A DNA stretch of 52,545 nucleotides from a virus (lineage: Duplodnaviria > Caudoviricetes): positions 1 through 52,545 of IMG/VR virus record IMGVR_UViG_3300005825_000043, one strand, 5' to 3'. Below the pieces are notes generated by a model, which was not told the DNA's origin, did not search any database, and saw only the letters and a program-made list of their open reading frames with translations. Positions 43,939 to 52,545 of this stretch are shown here, one piece after another (position 1 is the first letter of the stretch; each line of letters opens with the position of its first letter). The translations under genes and the position numbers were made by a program.

Positions 43939-45770
43939 TTATCTGCTCCGAAGGTTGCTTCAGCCCAGTTGTCACCCCATCCACTGTCGAGTACAAAGGG
44001 TACGGCCAGATTGAACGGCGGCTTTTGTACCTTTACGGCGCGGTCTAGCATCTCCACTGCTATGGCGCGTCCCTCTGGCGTGGCCGGGTTCTGAAACTCG
44101 AAAGCATCGTGTACTGTCATCAGCAGATGTACAATATCACCGCCTTCTTCGAGCCATTCATCTAACACCAACATGAAGTATTTCAGTATGTCGGCGTTGC
44201 TCCCCTGAATTATCTTTGATACGGCGCGGTAAGCGAACCGTGGTTGCTCCAGCCTTCCGCGACGACCGAGGATAGTCTTAATATACCCTCGTCTGCTGAT
44301 AACCCCTTTGGCCAAATTCTGAAATTCACGCACCTTTGGAAATGCCTCGAACCATTCATTCCACTTCTCAGTGGCCGTATCGATATCCCAGCCCATATGC
44401 ATGGCGAATGTCTTCGGAAACATACCGGTCAAGATGCCCATATTGATGCGCTTAGCTGTCGGATCACGTTCCACACTAAGCATTTCGGATACGACCGCGT
44501 GCATATCCTTGAACGGTACAGAATTGTACCCTTTAAGCAAAGCTGGCTCTTTCGAATAATGAGCAAAGAGTCGGGGTTCACACTGCGAATAATCTGCTTC
44601 TCCGAATTCATACCCCTCGTCTGGGAGGAAAGCCGAACGGAACAACTTAGCAATCTCTTTATCCCTCTTGGGGATTTGTTGTAGATTAGGCTGGGAACAG
44701 GACAGCCGAGCCGGGGTGCCGTAATCGTCGGACTTCAACTGGTTCAAGGACGCGTGGACACGGCCATTGTACACGTGGTTCTCAATCAAGGGAGTAACGA
44801 AAGTATTGTTAAGATTGGTCCACTTTCGTACCGTTACGATGTGTCGCCCTTCTTCGAATGTCTTGAGCCACTTTTCGTCAAATGACGGATTACCCTTCGG
44901 CGTCGTCGGCCAGTCAGTGCGCCCAGCTGCTGTAACATAAGCCTTAACGTTGTTTGGCGATCGAACATTAAAGTCTTCTGGTAGTGCCTGTTGGGCCTGT
45001 TCTACTCGTTCTATAATTTTCTGCTGCAGCTTTTTCAGGTATTCCACGTCGACGCGTATTCCGCGACGTTCCATACGAAACAACGTCCAAATGAGTCGAT
45101 TTTCAATGTCAAAAATGGAATTAAGTTCTTCTTCCTCAATCTTCTTACGCTGAGCCTGAAAAAGCTCCATTGTCGTAACACCGTCGCCTGTGGCATAATC
45201 CACAGCAATTGGATCATTGCCAGATGTTCTCCAATAGTGCTCCATCGAAGACTTAGTAGGTGGGCAATTAAACAGACTTCCAAGGTGATCATACATCCCC
45301 TGCGCCAGTTTCGCCGTAACTCCGCGACGTTGTGCACAGGCATCAAGCGAATAAGACCGGGCGTATTCATCGAGCAGCGCTTCGTTATTCTGCGTACAAG
45401 TTAGACTCCTGCCGAGCAGAATTCCTACATTGGCTGAGAAGTGACAGTCGAATTTCAGATTGTGGCCAATAGTAAGAAGTTTCTTGACCCGTCGTTCCTC
45501 GAACGCCTCTGATAGGGCTTTCTCAAACCAATGAATGACGTAGGGGTCAGTCGCTGACTCTGGAACTTTTACGTTAGGGTCCGGAAGGTTGCCACCGCCG
45601 CCATGACGAGTCGGAACGTATACCATGTCGGCGGCGTCGGTGCCGATGACATAGCCGATAGGAAAGTTTCTCTTCCAGTCCAAGCCACTGCCTTCTGTGT
45701 CATAGCTCAATTCCTTCGCATTTCGTACCATGTTCAGGGCTTGTTCGGCCTTGGTGGCGACGTCCGTCAT
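43935..45770 (-). CDS. Family A DNA polymerase with 3'-5' exonuclease, DpoZ candidate
   Basis: YDTEGSG/HNLKFD/YA..D exonuclease motifs; RLS..PNLQQIP; ADYSQCEPR; AK.IN.G; VHD; no 5'-3' exonuclease. Confidence 0.92.
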   Translation of the reverse strand: MTDVATKAEQALNMVRNAKELSYDTEGSGLDWKRNFPIGYVIGTDAADMVYVPTRHGGGGNLPDPNVKVPESATDPYVIHWFEKALSEAFEERRVKKLLTIGHNLKFDCHFSANVGILLGRSLTCTQNNEALLDEYARSYSLDACAQRRGVTAKLAQGMYDHLGSLFNCPPTKSSMEHYWRTSGNDPIAVDYATGDGVTTMELFQAQRKKIEEEELNSIFDIENRLIWTLFRMERRGIRVDVEYLKKLQQKIIERVEQAQQALPEDFNVRSPNNVKAYVTAAGRTDWPTTPKGNPSFDEKWLKTFEEGRHIVTVRKWTNLNNTFVTPLIENHVYNGRVHASLNQLKSDDYGTPARLSCSQPNLQQIPKRDKEIAKLFRSAFLPDEGYEFGEADYSQCEPRLFAHYSKEPALLKGYNSVPFKDMHAVVSEMLSVERDPTAKRINMGILTGMFPKTFAMHMGWDIDTATEKWNEWFEAFPKVREFQNLAKGVISRRGYIKTILGRRGRLEQPRFAYRAVSKIIQGSNADILKYFMLVLDEWLEEGGDIVHLLMTVHDAFEFQNPATPEGRAIAVEMLDRAVKVQKPPFNLAVPFVLDSGWGDNWAEATFGADK

Positions 45771-45772
45771 TT

Positions 45773-45976
45773 TTATTTTTCCTTGTTTAGTCTCAGGATT
45801 TCTTCCATGAGGTCTCTTATAAGGTATGACGTGCCCATGTGCATCACGCGCATTTGACCCGGAAGTTCCATAAGTTTGAACTTCAGGACTCTATCTTGTA
45901 AGTCTTGAAGTTTATCAGGGGGTGTTTTACTTGTTGTGGTCATGTCGTCCCCTTCCATTGTAACGACCAGTATCAA
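45773..45976 (-). CDS. Hypothetical protein
   Basis: Short coupled ORF; start uncertain. Confidence 0.55.
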   Translation of the reverse strand: MILVVTMEGDDMTTTSKTPPDKLQDLQDRVLKFKLMELPGQMRVMHMGTSYLIRDLMEEILRLNKEK

Positions 45977-46154
45977 TATACTCCGCCATGTAGTGAACTA
46001 CGGGTATCGTGGCCACTTTTGCCTTCTGGTTCTTTCGGTGCATGATCGGGGGCATGCGTCGCAACACGCAATTCTTGTAAGGGTCAGGTGTCCTAGAAGG
46101 TTTGTCAATGACGATACCTGACAGCAACCCCAACAACATATTCTTAAAGCTCAT
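45927..46154 (-). CDS. Hypothetical protein
   Basis: Short ORF in operon orientation. Confidence 0.45.
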   Translation of the reverse strand: MSFKNMLLGLLSGIVIDKPSRTPDPYKNCVLRRMPPIMHRKNQKAKVATIPVVHYMAEYIDTGRYNGRGRHDHNK

Positions 46155-46208
46155 TTACGTATTCCCATAAAATTGAGGGGACCAATTGGTCCCCTCTTTG
46201 GCTGGTGA

Positions 46209-47051
46209 TTAAAAGTCGCTGCTGGAAGCCGGTGCCGGGCGATCTTCGTCGCCCATTGCCGCCGCTTCCTCGTCCTGGACCTTGTAGTTCTGCAGGGCTG
46301 TTTCGAGTTCCTTGGCCTGATTATACAGGGCCTCCGACGCGAAACCGTTGCCGTTGAACTGCCAGTTCTTGAAGTCCTGATTGACAGTGTTCTTGTCGGT
46401 GAAGGATTTCGCCTGGAACACGATGGCCTGCATCGGGCGACCGGCATTCTGGTGGAGCTGGATCTTGTCGTTCAGTCCCTTCTTCGCCTTCTTCACCGCC
46501 GATCGCGTGATCGAGAGGACAGCCGGACCGAATTCGAGATGATCTGGCAACAGCACCAGATATTCGTAAAACAGCGTAGCTGCTGGAGGCGAGTTTTCGT
46601 CGTCGGGGTCATAAGTCCCCCACTGATCGAGGCCAGACTTAATGACGTTCAGATCATCGATAGTCCACGTAACCAGATCCTTGCGGTCCTTCAACTTGAC
46701 CTGCCAAGATCCGAGCCGATCCCACGTCTTGAAGTCGTCGGCACGGGCGAGGATGCCCTGTCCGTCTTCGAGTGGTGCCACGAGCATAAACTTCTTCTTA
46801 CGCGAACACACGACGAAGTTCAATTCGTTGCCAAGTGGCACGTCGAAACCAGTGTGCCAAAACAGACCAGTCTTGGCATTGTCGAATGTCTCACATTCGG
46901 CACTCGTCCCCTGCAGCAGTTTTACGCGGGGAATTACGACGTCGGTGCTGTCGAAATTGTCGACGGAGTTCACCGACTTACCTTCCATCGCCGTCAGATA
47001 TGAGGGCTTGCTGTCCACTACAGCGACTTCATTTTCCTTCTTCGTAGCCAT
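46209..47051 (-). CDS. Probable single-stranded DNA-binding protein
   Basis: DVVIPRVKLLQG motif, acidic tail ending in Phe, strong codon bias, upstream of polymerase. Confidence 0.75.
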   Translation of the reverse strand: MATKKENEVAVVDSKPSYLTAMEGKSVNSVDNFDSTDVVIPRVKLLQGTSAECETFDNAKTGLFWHTGFDVPLGNELNFVVCSRKKKFMLVAPLEDGQGILARADDFKTWDRLGSWQVKLKDRKDLVTWTIDDLNVIKSGLDQWGTYDPDDENSPPAATLFYEYLVLLPDHLEFGPAVLSITRSAVKKAKKGLNDKIQLHQNAGRPMQAIVFQAKSFTDKNTVNQDFKNWQFNGNGFASEALYNQAKELETALQNYKVQDEEAAAMGDEDRPAPASSSDF

Positions 47052-47115
47052 TTCATCTATTCTCCAGTTGCTGTGTACCAACGCGTTTTACGGCCAGCGC
47101 CACGCCGATCACGGC

Positions 47116-47331
47116 CTAGGGATGGATGATCGTACGATCAACCTTTATCCCTGCCGTCATTACGATACGACGAGGTTTGTGATCCCAGTCGATCCACAAG
47201 CTGTAGGGCCTAGACATGTAAGGCCACAGCATATTCAGCCTGTCGAGAGTTTCTTTCATTTCCTCTAGGACTTCTTCAGCCGACATGCTGGCTGGGTTCT
47301 TGAGGAATAGCTCTGGTTGTTTCCTGAACAT
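47116..47331 (-). CDS. Hypothetical protein (MFRKQPELF...)
   Basis: GAGGTGA RBS before ATG at 47331. Confidence 0.6.
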   Translation of the reverse strand: MFRKQPELFLKNPASMSAEEVLEEMKETLDRLNMLWPYMSRPYSLWIDWDHKPRRIVMTAGIKVDRTIIHP

Positions 47332-47332
47332 A

Positions 47333-47827
47333 TCACCTCGCTTTCGGCGTATATTTGGACGAACCAGTGGTGTAATATGAAGAGAACTTGAAGATGTCGT
47401 CGGGCGCGTCGCGGCCCTGCCCCAGCGTGTAATCCTTGAGGAAGGACGACAGCGTGCCAGCATTGACAGTCTCGGTGATGAGTTCACTGGCACCGTTGCT
47501 CCGCAGCCATTCGAACCCGCGCGATTTGTCGAGAATAGAAGCTGAATATTTGATGACAGGATAGAAGCTGCGACCAAGTTCAGGTATCCGAACTTGATCC
47601 ATGCCGAACTTGTCGATGACCGCTGGCACCAAGAATTTGTCGAATTTATCCTTAACGGCATAGAGTCGCTTACGCTGGTAGTCTAGCGCCTCGTATTCGT
47701 CTTTGATTTTTTGGAAGGCAGAACAGGTTTGGAAGACGTCGCCCTCTTTTTCAGTCACTTCGGCGAGGGCCTCGATTTCTGTGATTTTTTCGGATAGTCC
47801 CGAAACTAAATCCAACATTGTCGGCAT
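47333..47827 (-). CDS. Conserved replication-module protein
   Basis: Coiled coil then FEWLR.NG...LITETVNA.TL motif typical of genes beside phage SSB. Confidence 0.8.
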   Translation of the reverse strand: MPTMLDLVSGLSEKITEIEALAEVTEKEGDVFQTCSAFQKIKDEYEALDYQRKRLYAVKDKFDKFLVPAVIDKFGMDQVRIPELGRSFYPVIKYSASILDKSRGFEWLRSNGASELITETVNAGTLSSFLKDYTLGQGRDAPDDIFKFSSYYTTGSSKYTPKAR

Positions 47828-47864
47828 TTTTGTGTTCCTTTTTGTTTTGCTGTTCGGTAGTGGT

Positions 47865-47896
47865 GCCCCCGACCTACCACGTTGTAGGTCGGGGGC
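47865..47896. other. Strong intergenic hairpin
   Basis: GCCCCCGACCTAC-CACGTT-GTAGGTCGGGGGC, no adjacent U-tract. Confidence 0.7.
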
Positions 47897-47935
47897 TATC
47901 AGCGCTATCAGGAGACTAGGCCATTCGCGCCGATA

Positions 47936-48367
47936 TTATTCTGCTGCTTCCTTCTTGACCGCGCCGATCTTGACGCCGTCCATCGTTTCGATAGCCTCGG
48001 TGATGTCGCCGAGAAATTCCGCCGGAGCCTTGTGAATTTTCTTGTTGGTGTCGTAAAGCGCCAGGCGCTTTTTCGCCCGAGAACGAAGCATGTTGCCGAT
48101 GGTCATCCGGAGACGTCCAGGAGCATTAGGCCGATCAGCCTGCTTCCGGTAGGCGCTGCAGTTGATGTTGTTGGCTTCGGCGAGATTGAAGAGCTTTTCA
48201 AGGTTCAGGATCGGTTTGCCGACGGCTTTGCCTTCCTTGTCGGCGGCCTGATCGAATGCCTGCTCCGTGATGAACTCGCTGAGCCAGTCTTCCGCGCCCT
48301 TGTACTTGCCCTTATACTTGTCCGGGATGATGCTCTTGCTCTCGGTCTGTTCAGCAGTGTCGTTCAT
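47936..48367 (-). CDS. Hypothetical protein paralogous to the C-terminal domain of 4433..5182
   Basis: P.KYK..YK...DWL...AN.I...GR.RM...KAP; own promoter TTGACA-N17-TATAGT at 48428-48456. Confidence 0.85.
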   Translation of the reverse strand: MNDTAEQTESKSIIPDKYKGKYKGAEDWLSEFITEQAFDQAADKEGKAVGKPILNLEKLFNLAEANNINCSAYRKQADRPNAPGRLRMTIGNMLRSRAKKRLALYDTNKKIHKAPAEFLGDITEAIETMDGVKIGAVKKEAAE

Positions 48368-48459
48368 TTTTATTCCCTTTTCTTCTGGTTGAATTGGAGG
48401 TCCGCGCCTCTCTGTCTCTACCCAACTACTATACCACTGTCAGCACCCCGTGTCAAGTC

Positions 48460-48783
48460 CTACTTCCACATGCGAGACACTGATCCTTCGGTTCCTCCCA
48501 CGTACGGCAAACTTACAGACACTCCGTTCATATTCTTCAATATGATCCCCTTAATGTTACTACTACGACTACATTTATAGTCATCAATTTCTGTCATACT
48601 AGTGGTTGTTGGCTCCGGCGTAAGGGCTACTTTATCCCTAAGCCCTAGTTTGTGGATGCGAGTAGCTATCGAACCTCTGGACCTACCCGGGAGGAATACC
48701 TCCATGTGCCTACACGACATGTTTGCTTTTAACATATCGATCAATCGTGCATCCTCGTCTTGGGTCCAATAATAATACGTCAT
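48460..48783 (-). CDS. GcrA-like/Myb-type HTH protein
   Basis: WTQDEDARL..M....MS......L.GRSRGSI...IHKLGL resembles the GcrA N-terminal domain. Confidence 0.65.
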   Translation of the reverse strand: MTYYYWTQDEDARLIDMLKANMSCRHMEVFLPGRSRGSIATRIHKLGLRDKVALTPEPTTTSMTEIDDYKCSRSSNIKGIILKNMNGVSVSLPYVGGTEGSVSRMWK

Positions 48784-48784
48784 T

Positions 48785-49288
48785 TTATTCCTCCAGTTTA
48801 CGCATCACATCACTCAGGTATCTCTGGCATTGTTGAGGGTCATCAAACCTTAGAAACCTTACCCTTGGTCGCAGCGATTCTTCCCCCCACTGGTTCCTCA
48901 CAGTACCAAATCTAGTATGCGACGTAACCTCGGTAATCCTGCCCAAACACATTCTAAATACAGTACGAGTTATTTCGTAGCCGTACTCAGATTTCATGAA
49001 ATCTCGATGCATGGCGTCTAATGATACATATTTTTTCCAGGGTCCTTGCCCTTTATAGTCATAGCCTTCCTTGTAGTCAGCATAACTAGACAACTGACGC
49101 CCTGCGGCGCATCTTACCTGCCACCATGCCCCAATAGCTATTACTGCGCGACGGGTAATCGGGTCCACCAGTTCTTTCTTCGTCAGAACTTTACGAGAAA
49201 CAACTTTTACTTTTTTTCTTGACCCGCCAGCGCTAGTTATTCGCCAACTGCCCTGTCTAGTCCCTGATGGGACTTTATATCCAGACAT
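48785..49288 (-). CDS. Hypothetical basic protein
   Basis: 167-aa coupled ORF. Confidence 0.65.
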   Translation of the reverse strand: MSGYKVPSGTRQGSWRITSAGGSRKKVKVVSRKVLTKKELVDPITRRAVIAIGAWWQVRCAAGRQLSSYADYKEGYDYKGQGPWKKYVSLDAMHRDFMKSEYGYEITRTVFRMCLGRITEVTSHTRFGTVRNQWGEESLRPRVRFLRFDDPQQCQRYLSDVMRKLEE

Positions 49289-49626
49289 TGATCATAGTCC
49301 TTAAACTTAATTAGTCTTTTTTTCTGGCCGTTTATTCGCCGCACAACGTAAGTTATACAGTCTCCAGCGACCATATTAAATATCGTCATGAACCCTACTT
49401 TGTTCATGTCATTAAACAAACCGGCTGGATATTTAGATCTGGCGTGAGCCAAAAACTCTTCGGTTAGATCCTCCGATGACACTATGGATTTCCACGGTAC
49501 ACCGGGCCACTCGCCGCCATACACCTGTAGATTTGGCCGCGTGTACCGAAACTGCTGCCTGTGTTTCAATACTTCGTCCCACCACTTCTCTACGAATGCC
49601 CTCTTAGTTATCCTTGTTCTAGACAT
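49237..49626 (-). CDS. Hypothetical protein
   Basis: Coupled to primase-helicase stop. Confidence 0.65.
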   Translation of the reverse strand: MSRTRITKRAFVEKWWDEVLKHRQQFRYTRPNLQVYGGEWPGVPWKSIVSSEDLTEEFLAHARSKYPAGLFNDMNKVGFMTIFNMVAGDCITYVVRRINGQKKRLIKFKDYDQCLDIKSHQGLDRAVGE

Positions 49627-52032
49627 CTAGAAATCCTCACTACTGTAGTCGTTATCAATCCGGGTTTCTTCACCCATTGAAATCACTGACATCATATTTA
49701 CACCAAATTTTTTATTTATGTATGCCAGCAACATACCCAAATCAGGCATTCTGTATAGCCTGACGCGTTTTATTATTTTCGAGTTCTTCCTGTCGTCGTA
49801 AGAATTCACTGTAATTCTTATAACATCATTTAATGACATGCCACGTACTATAAATGAATTTATAATCTGGTACTCATTCAACATATCGGCATTTTTTAAG
49901 TTATTAAGTCTGACGTGTCTGGTGTAATCCTTTACTAACGCTGTCATGCTTACATAGTCTGGCCACCCATCACGATCTATGTGTTTATTCATTCCCTCTT
50001 TTGTAGCATCGTACCAATTGTCGTGACATTCCTCTGCTATCGGGTGTTCTCTGGATACCATCGCCGCCAGCCACGCATCGAACGGGTCCCAACTACGTTG
50101 CACCATTTCAGTCTTAGCCGCAGTCATCAAGGGCGATCGAATAAGCCCTCTGTCGTACTTTAAATCTAGTAACCAACGGTGAATTTTAGACAGGTTTTCT
50201 GTGGTAAGCCACTCTAAGAATGGTATCCAATATTCTTTTTGTTTCACAGCGCCACATTTATAAGGTGGCACCTTTATCACAGTATATCTTCTGTCCTCCA
50301 TGCCGTCTCGAATGTTCATAGCGTCTTCGGTGTCATTAGATGTAAAACAAAACCTAGAGTGATTTGGCTTGAAATAGGAATCTATACCCTTCGGTTCCAC
50401 TCGACGCTCCGGATCTGTAATAAGTGCTTTTAGCTTGTTAGCTATTCCGCGTTGGCGATTGTTAGTAGCTTCATCACATTGTGTAAAAATCTTGTTATCA
50501 AATGCTACGTTGAAATCCTTCGTTATTGACTCCACGTTATTGGTGGTTGCGGCGTGCTGGGCACCGATGATTTTATTTATAATCTGATGCCCTAAGAATG
50601 ACTTACCGGCTCCCTGTTGCCCTACCAGAACCAGAGCGGTGCCACATTTATCTCCCGGATGCTGGAATATGTCAGCAATCCAAGCAATAACCCAATCGTA
50701 TTTTTCTTCGTCTCCATCACAGATAACATTTTTTACATAATCAAGGAATTTATAAATATCATCATCAGATACTGCCCCTTCCCATGGGGCGATTGTGCAC
50801 CCGCACCACTGATTTACTTTTATCCCTTCGCGTGTGTTCACTAGGGGATCTTGTCCCGGTTCGAATGTTATGCCCGCTATTCTGAGAGTGGATGGCATGT
50901 GAAACAGTAGATCGGCCAATAAGCGTTTTTTGCCGCCGACCGAAACGAACCGATGGCCATAGCTATTTATAAACGACTGACGAGACATAAATGGGCGAAC
51001 AGCACCAGCTCCTGCCGCATCCATATCAACAACAACACCGGGACCCTGCCATATAGAAAATCGAGTAGTGAATTCCTCAATAGCGGCAATATCTTGGCTG
51101 TCAGTAAGCAATATATAAAGTTTTCTAAGTACACTATCATCACCAGCTATCTTAGCAATGGTAGTGCCACCTGTAACCGGGACATCCCTTTCGGCTTTAT
51201 CCCATGTTCTTATAAATGTCTTAACTCTAGCCACTTTGTCTGATGGATCGTCTTCGGCTACCTCCATCAATACTTTTAAAAATAAAAGACTGTCGTCCCG
51301 ATCCATACAAAAAACGTTTTGTGCATTTTCCTCGTCTATTAGGCTTTTACCAATAGTGTAAGCTTTATGTAAAAATCCAGATAGGGCCATTACTAAATCA
51401 TTACGCACGCCCTCCATGAACAGGGGAGCTAGGATGGCTATAGCTCCACCTAGTCGGACGGCACGCAGCAGCACCTCCGGGGTAGTCACGGATACAGACG
51501 ATCGAGCGTCAGATATGTTGTGCCATTCATACGGCTCTCCCTCCGGATGGATGGAGCCGGGCAACATCGAATACTCTCCACGGGTTTGTGGTCCGCCTCT
51601 TAATTCTACTTTAGCTTCATCAATTTTCTTGATTGTGTTCAGGATGGGATAATCAGCTGGATCGAAACTTTCTAAACTCTTAAGCGAATATATACGGTGT
51701 GTCTTTGGTCTACTCGGTCTTCCCCATATATGGGAACACTGTGGAAGCAGACGATCCAGCGCCGCCATTAAGTAAGGGGCATCGGAGTCGATGTCGACAT
51801 CCACCAAATTCGAATGTAGGTGGACACCTAGGTTGTCGTCGGACACTGCTAATTCGTTTATCAGTTCATCCGATTGGTGCCTGTTATTCGTCTTTGGGTC
51901 CCAGCCCTTTGAAGGATTTTTTTGGCCCTTTGGAGCCTTAACTGCAAAACCCCCGCAATTTCTTAAAAGTTCTATCGATATTGCGCGCTGATAAGAGAGC
52001 ACACGGTTGTCTTGAGCCGGTTTGTCTGACAT
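49627..52032 (-). CDS. Primase-polymerase fused to SF3/D5-like helicase
   Basis: NLGV...VDVDID...H..Y...LPGSIHPEG prim-pol; GQQGAGKS Walker A, DE, KLKALIT...EPKG, TSN, DRRY. Confidence 0.9.
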   Translation of the reverse strand: MSDKPAQDNRVLSYQRAISIELLRNCGGFAVKAPKGQKNPSKGWDPKTNNRHQSDELINELAVSDDNLGVHLHSNLVDVDIDSDAPYLMAALDRLLPQCSHIWGRPSRPKTHRIYSLKSLESFDPADYPILNTIKKIDEAKVELRGGPQTRGEYSMLPGSIHPEGEPYEWHNISDARSSVSVTTPEVLLRAVRLGGAIAILAPLFMEGVRNDLVMALSGFLHKAYTIGKSLIDEENAQNVFCMDRDDSLLFLKVLMEVAEDDPSDKVARVKTFIRTWDKAERDVPVTGGTTIAKIAGDDSVLRKLYILLTDSQDIAAIEEFTTRFSIWQGPGVVVDMDAAGAGAVRPFMSRQSFINSYGHRFVSVGGKKRLLADLLFHMPSTLRIAGITFEPGQDPLVNTREGIKVNQWCGCTIAPWEGAVSDDDIYKFLDYVKNVICDGDEEKYDWVIAWIADIFQHPGDKCGTALVLVGQQGAGKSFLGHQIINKIIGAQHAATTNNVESITKDFNVAFDNKIFTQCDEATNNRQRGIANKLKALITDPERRVEPKGIDSYFKPNHSRFCFTSNDTEDAMNIRDGMEDRRYTVIKVPPYKCGAVKQKEYWIPFLEWLTTENLSKIHRWLLDLKYDRGLIRSPLMTAAKTEMVQRSWDPFDAWLAAMVSREHPIAEECHDNWYDATKEGMNKHIDRDGWPDYVSMTALVKDYTRHVRLNNLKNADMLNEYQIINSFIVRGMSLNDVIRITVNSYDDRKNSKIIKRVRLYRMPDLGMLLAYINKKFGVNMMSVISMGEETRIDNDYSSEDF

Positions 52033-52167
52033 AACTGTCCTATTCGCTGACGCGATTTTAAGTGGTTAATTTTAAAGTAGGAAGTTCTGTCGCCCGTTTA
52101 TTTTTTGATTGTTTTTGCACAAATAGTCTCCTGCGTGGCCTATTGCATAACCTTTGACTACAAATCT

Positions 52168-52196
52168 AGTATAGCATGCGGCACGCCCTCTGTCAA
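52168..52196 (-). promoter_or_regulatory. Sigma70-type promoter for the replication operon
   Basis: Minus TTGACA-N17-TATACT with TGn extension. Confidence 0.8.
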
Positions 52197-52235
52197 GTAT
52201 TATTTCCGCTTATCTACCAATCCTGGACGCGACTT

Positions 52236-52433
52236 TCATAGCGGCACGCCATCCTCGTCCCGTTCCACCGGCACCACGGCATAACCGGCGGCACGGAGGG
52301 CATCTAGAGCCGCTTGCGCCTGCCTCTTAGTGGCCTCTCTGTTGAATTGGAATGCCCTGCTATTGGTTCCGGCCACAAAACATTCAGGATTAGTTGCCCG
52401 CGCCATCACCTCGATAAGATGTTCGTCAGTCAT
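52236..52433 (-). CDS. Hypothetical protein (MTDEHLIEVMARA...)
   Basis: AGGAG RBS before ATG at 52433. Confidence 0.7.
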   Translation of the reverse strand: MTDEHLIEVMARATNPECFVAGTNSRAFQFNREATKRQAQAALDALRAAGYAVVPVERDEDGVPL

Positions 52434-52545
52434 CGGCGTTGCTCCTGATTGCATCCAAATATTCCTCCCAAGCTTTCGCATAAGGACAATACGACTGGTA
52501 ATCCTTGGCTTGCGGACATTCTTTCCATATACAATCACCATCGCG

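Noticed and set aside
52058-52075. CtrA box upstream of the primase-helicase gene
   Set aside because: TTAA half-sites are spaced 4, 2 and 10 bp apart, not TTAA-N7-TTAA
52426-52545. Circular closure of the window
   Set aside because: The partial ORF here (...RDGDCIWKECPQ...) does not continue the ORF truncated at position 1, so some sequence is probably missing
1-52545. tRNA or rRNA genes
   Set aside because: No cloverleaf with a T-loop and acceptor stem recognised by eye; a tRNAscan-SE/ARAGORN run would be needed to exclude them

Overview
Near-complete (ends do not join in frame) ~52.5-kb genome of an apparently lytic long-tailed dsDNA phage (siphovirus-type). The host is Gram-negative (spanins) and probably alphaproteobacterial (GcrA-like and NusG-like genes); this is an inference. 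Layout: (i) 1-2.3 kb leftward HNH/HTH genes; (ii) 2.4-9.4 kb early/regulatory region with a 355-bp dyad, two duplicated iteron-like arrays and about 14 near-consensus sigma70 promoters arranged as repeated divergent cassettes. In these cassettes one arm drives a small ORF and the other a conserved non-coding hairpin motif, and four sites match the chromosomal parS consensus although no ParB gene was recognised; (iii) 10.8-39.4 kb rightward late operon: NusG-like factor, terminase, repeat/LamG fibre, portal, head, a five-gene glycan-modification cluster, tail and lysis; (iv) 39.4-52.5 kb leftward replication module with a 2-aminoadenine (Z-genome) gene set (purZ, datZ-like, mazZ-like, and a family A polymerase with an altered active site), SNF2 helicase, SSB and primase-helicase. 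Best candidates for undescribed biology: the parS-bearing, ncRNA-containing early cassette array and the virion-operon glycosylation cluster. All calls come from motif reading by eye; no searches were run.
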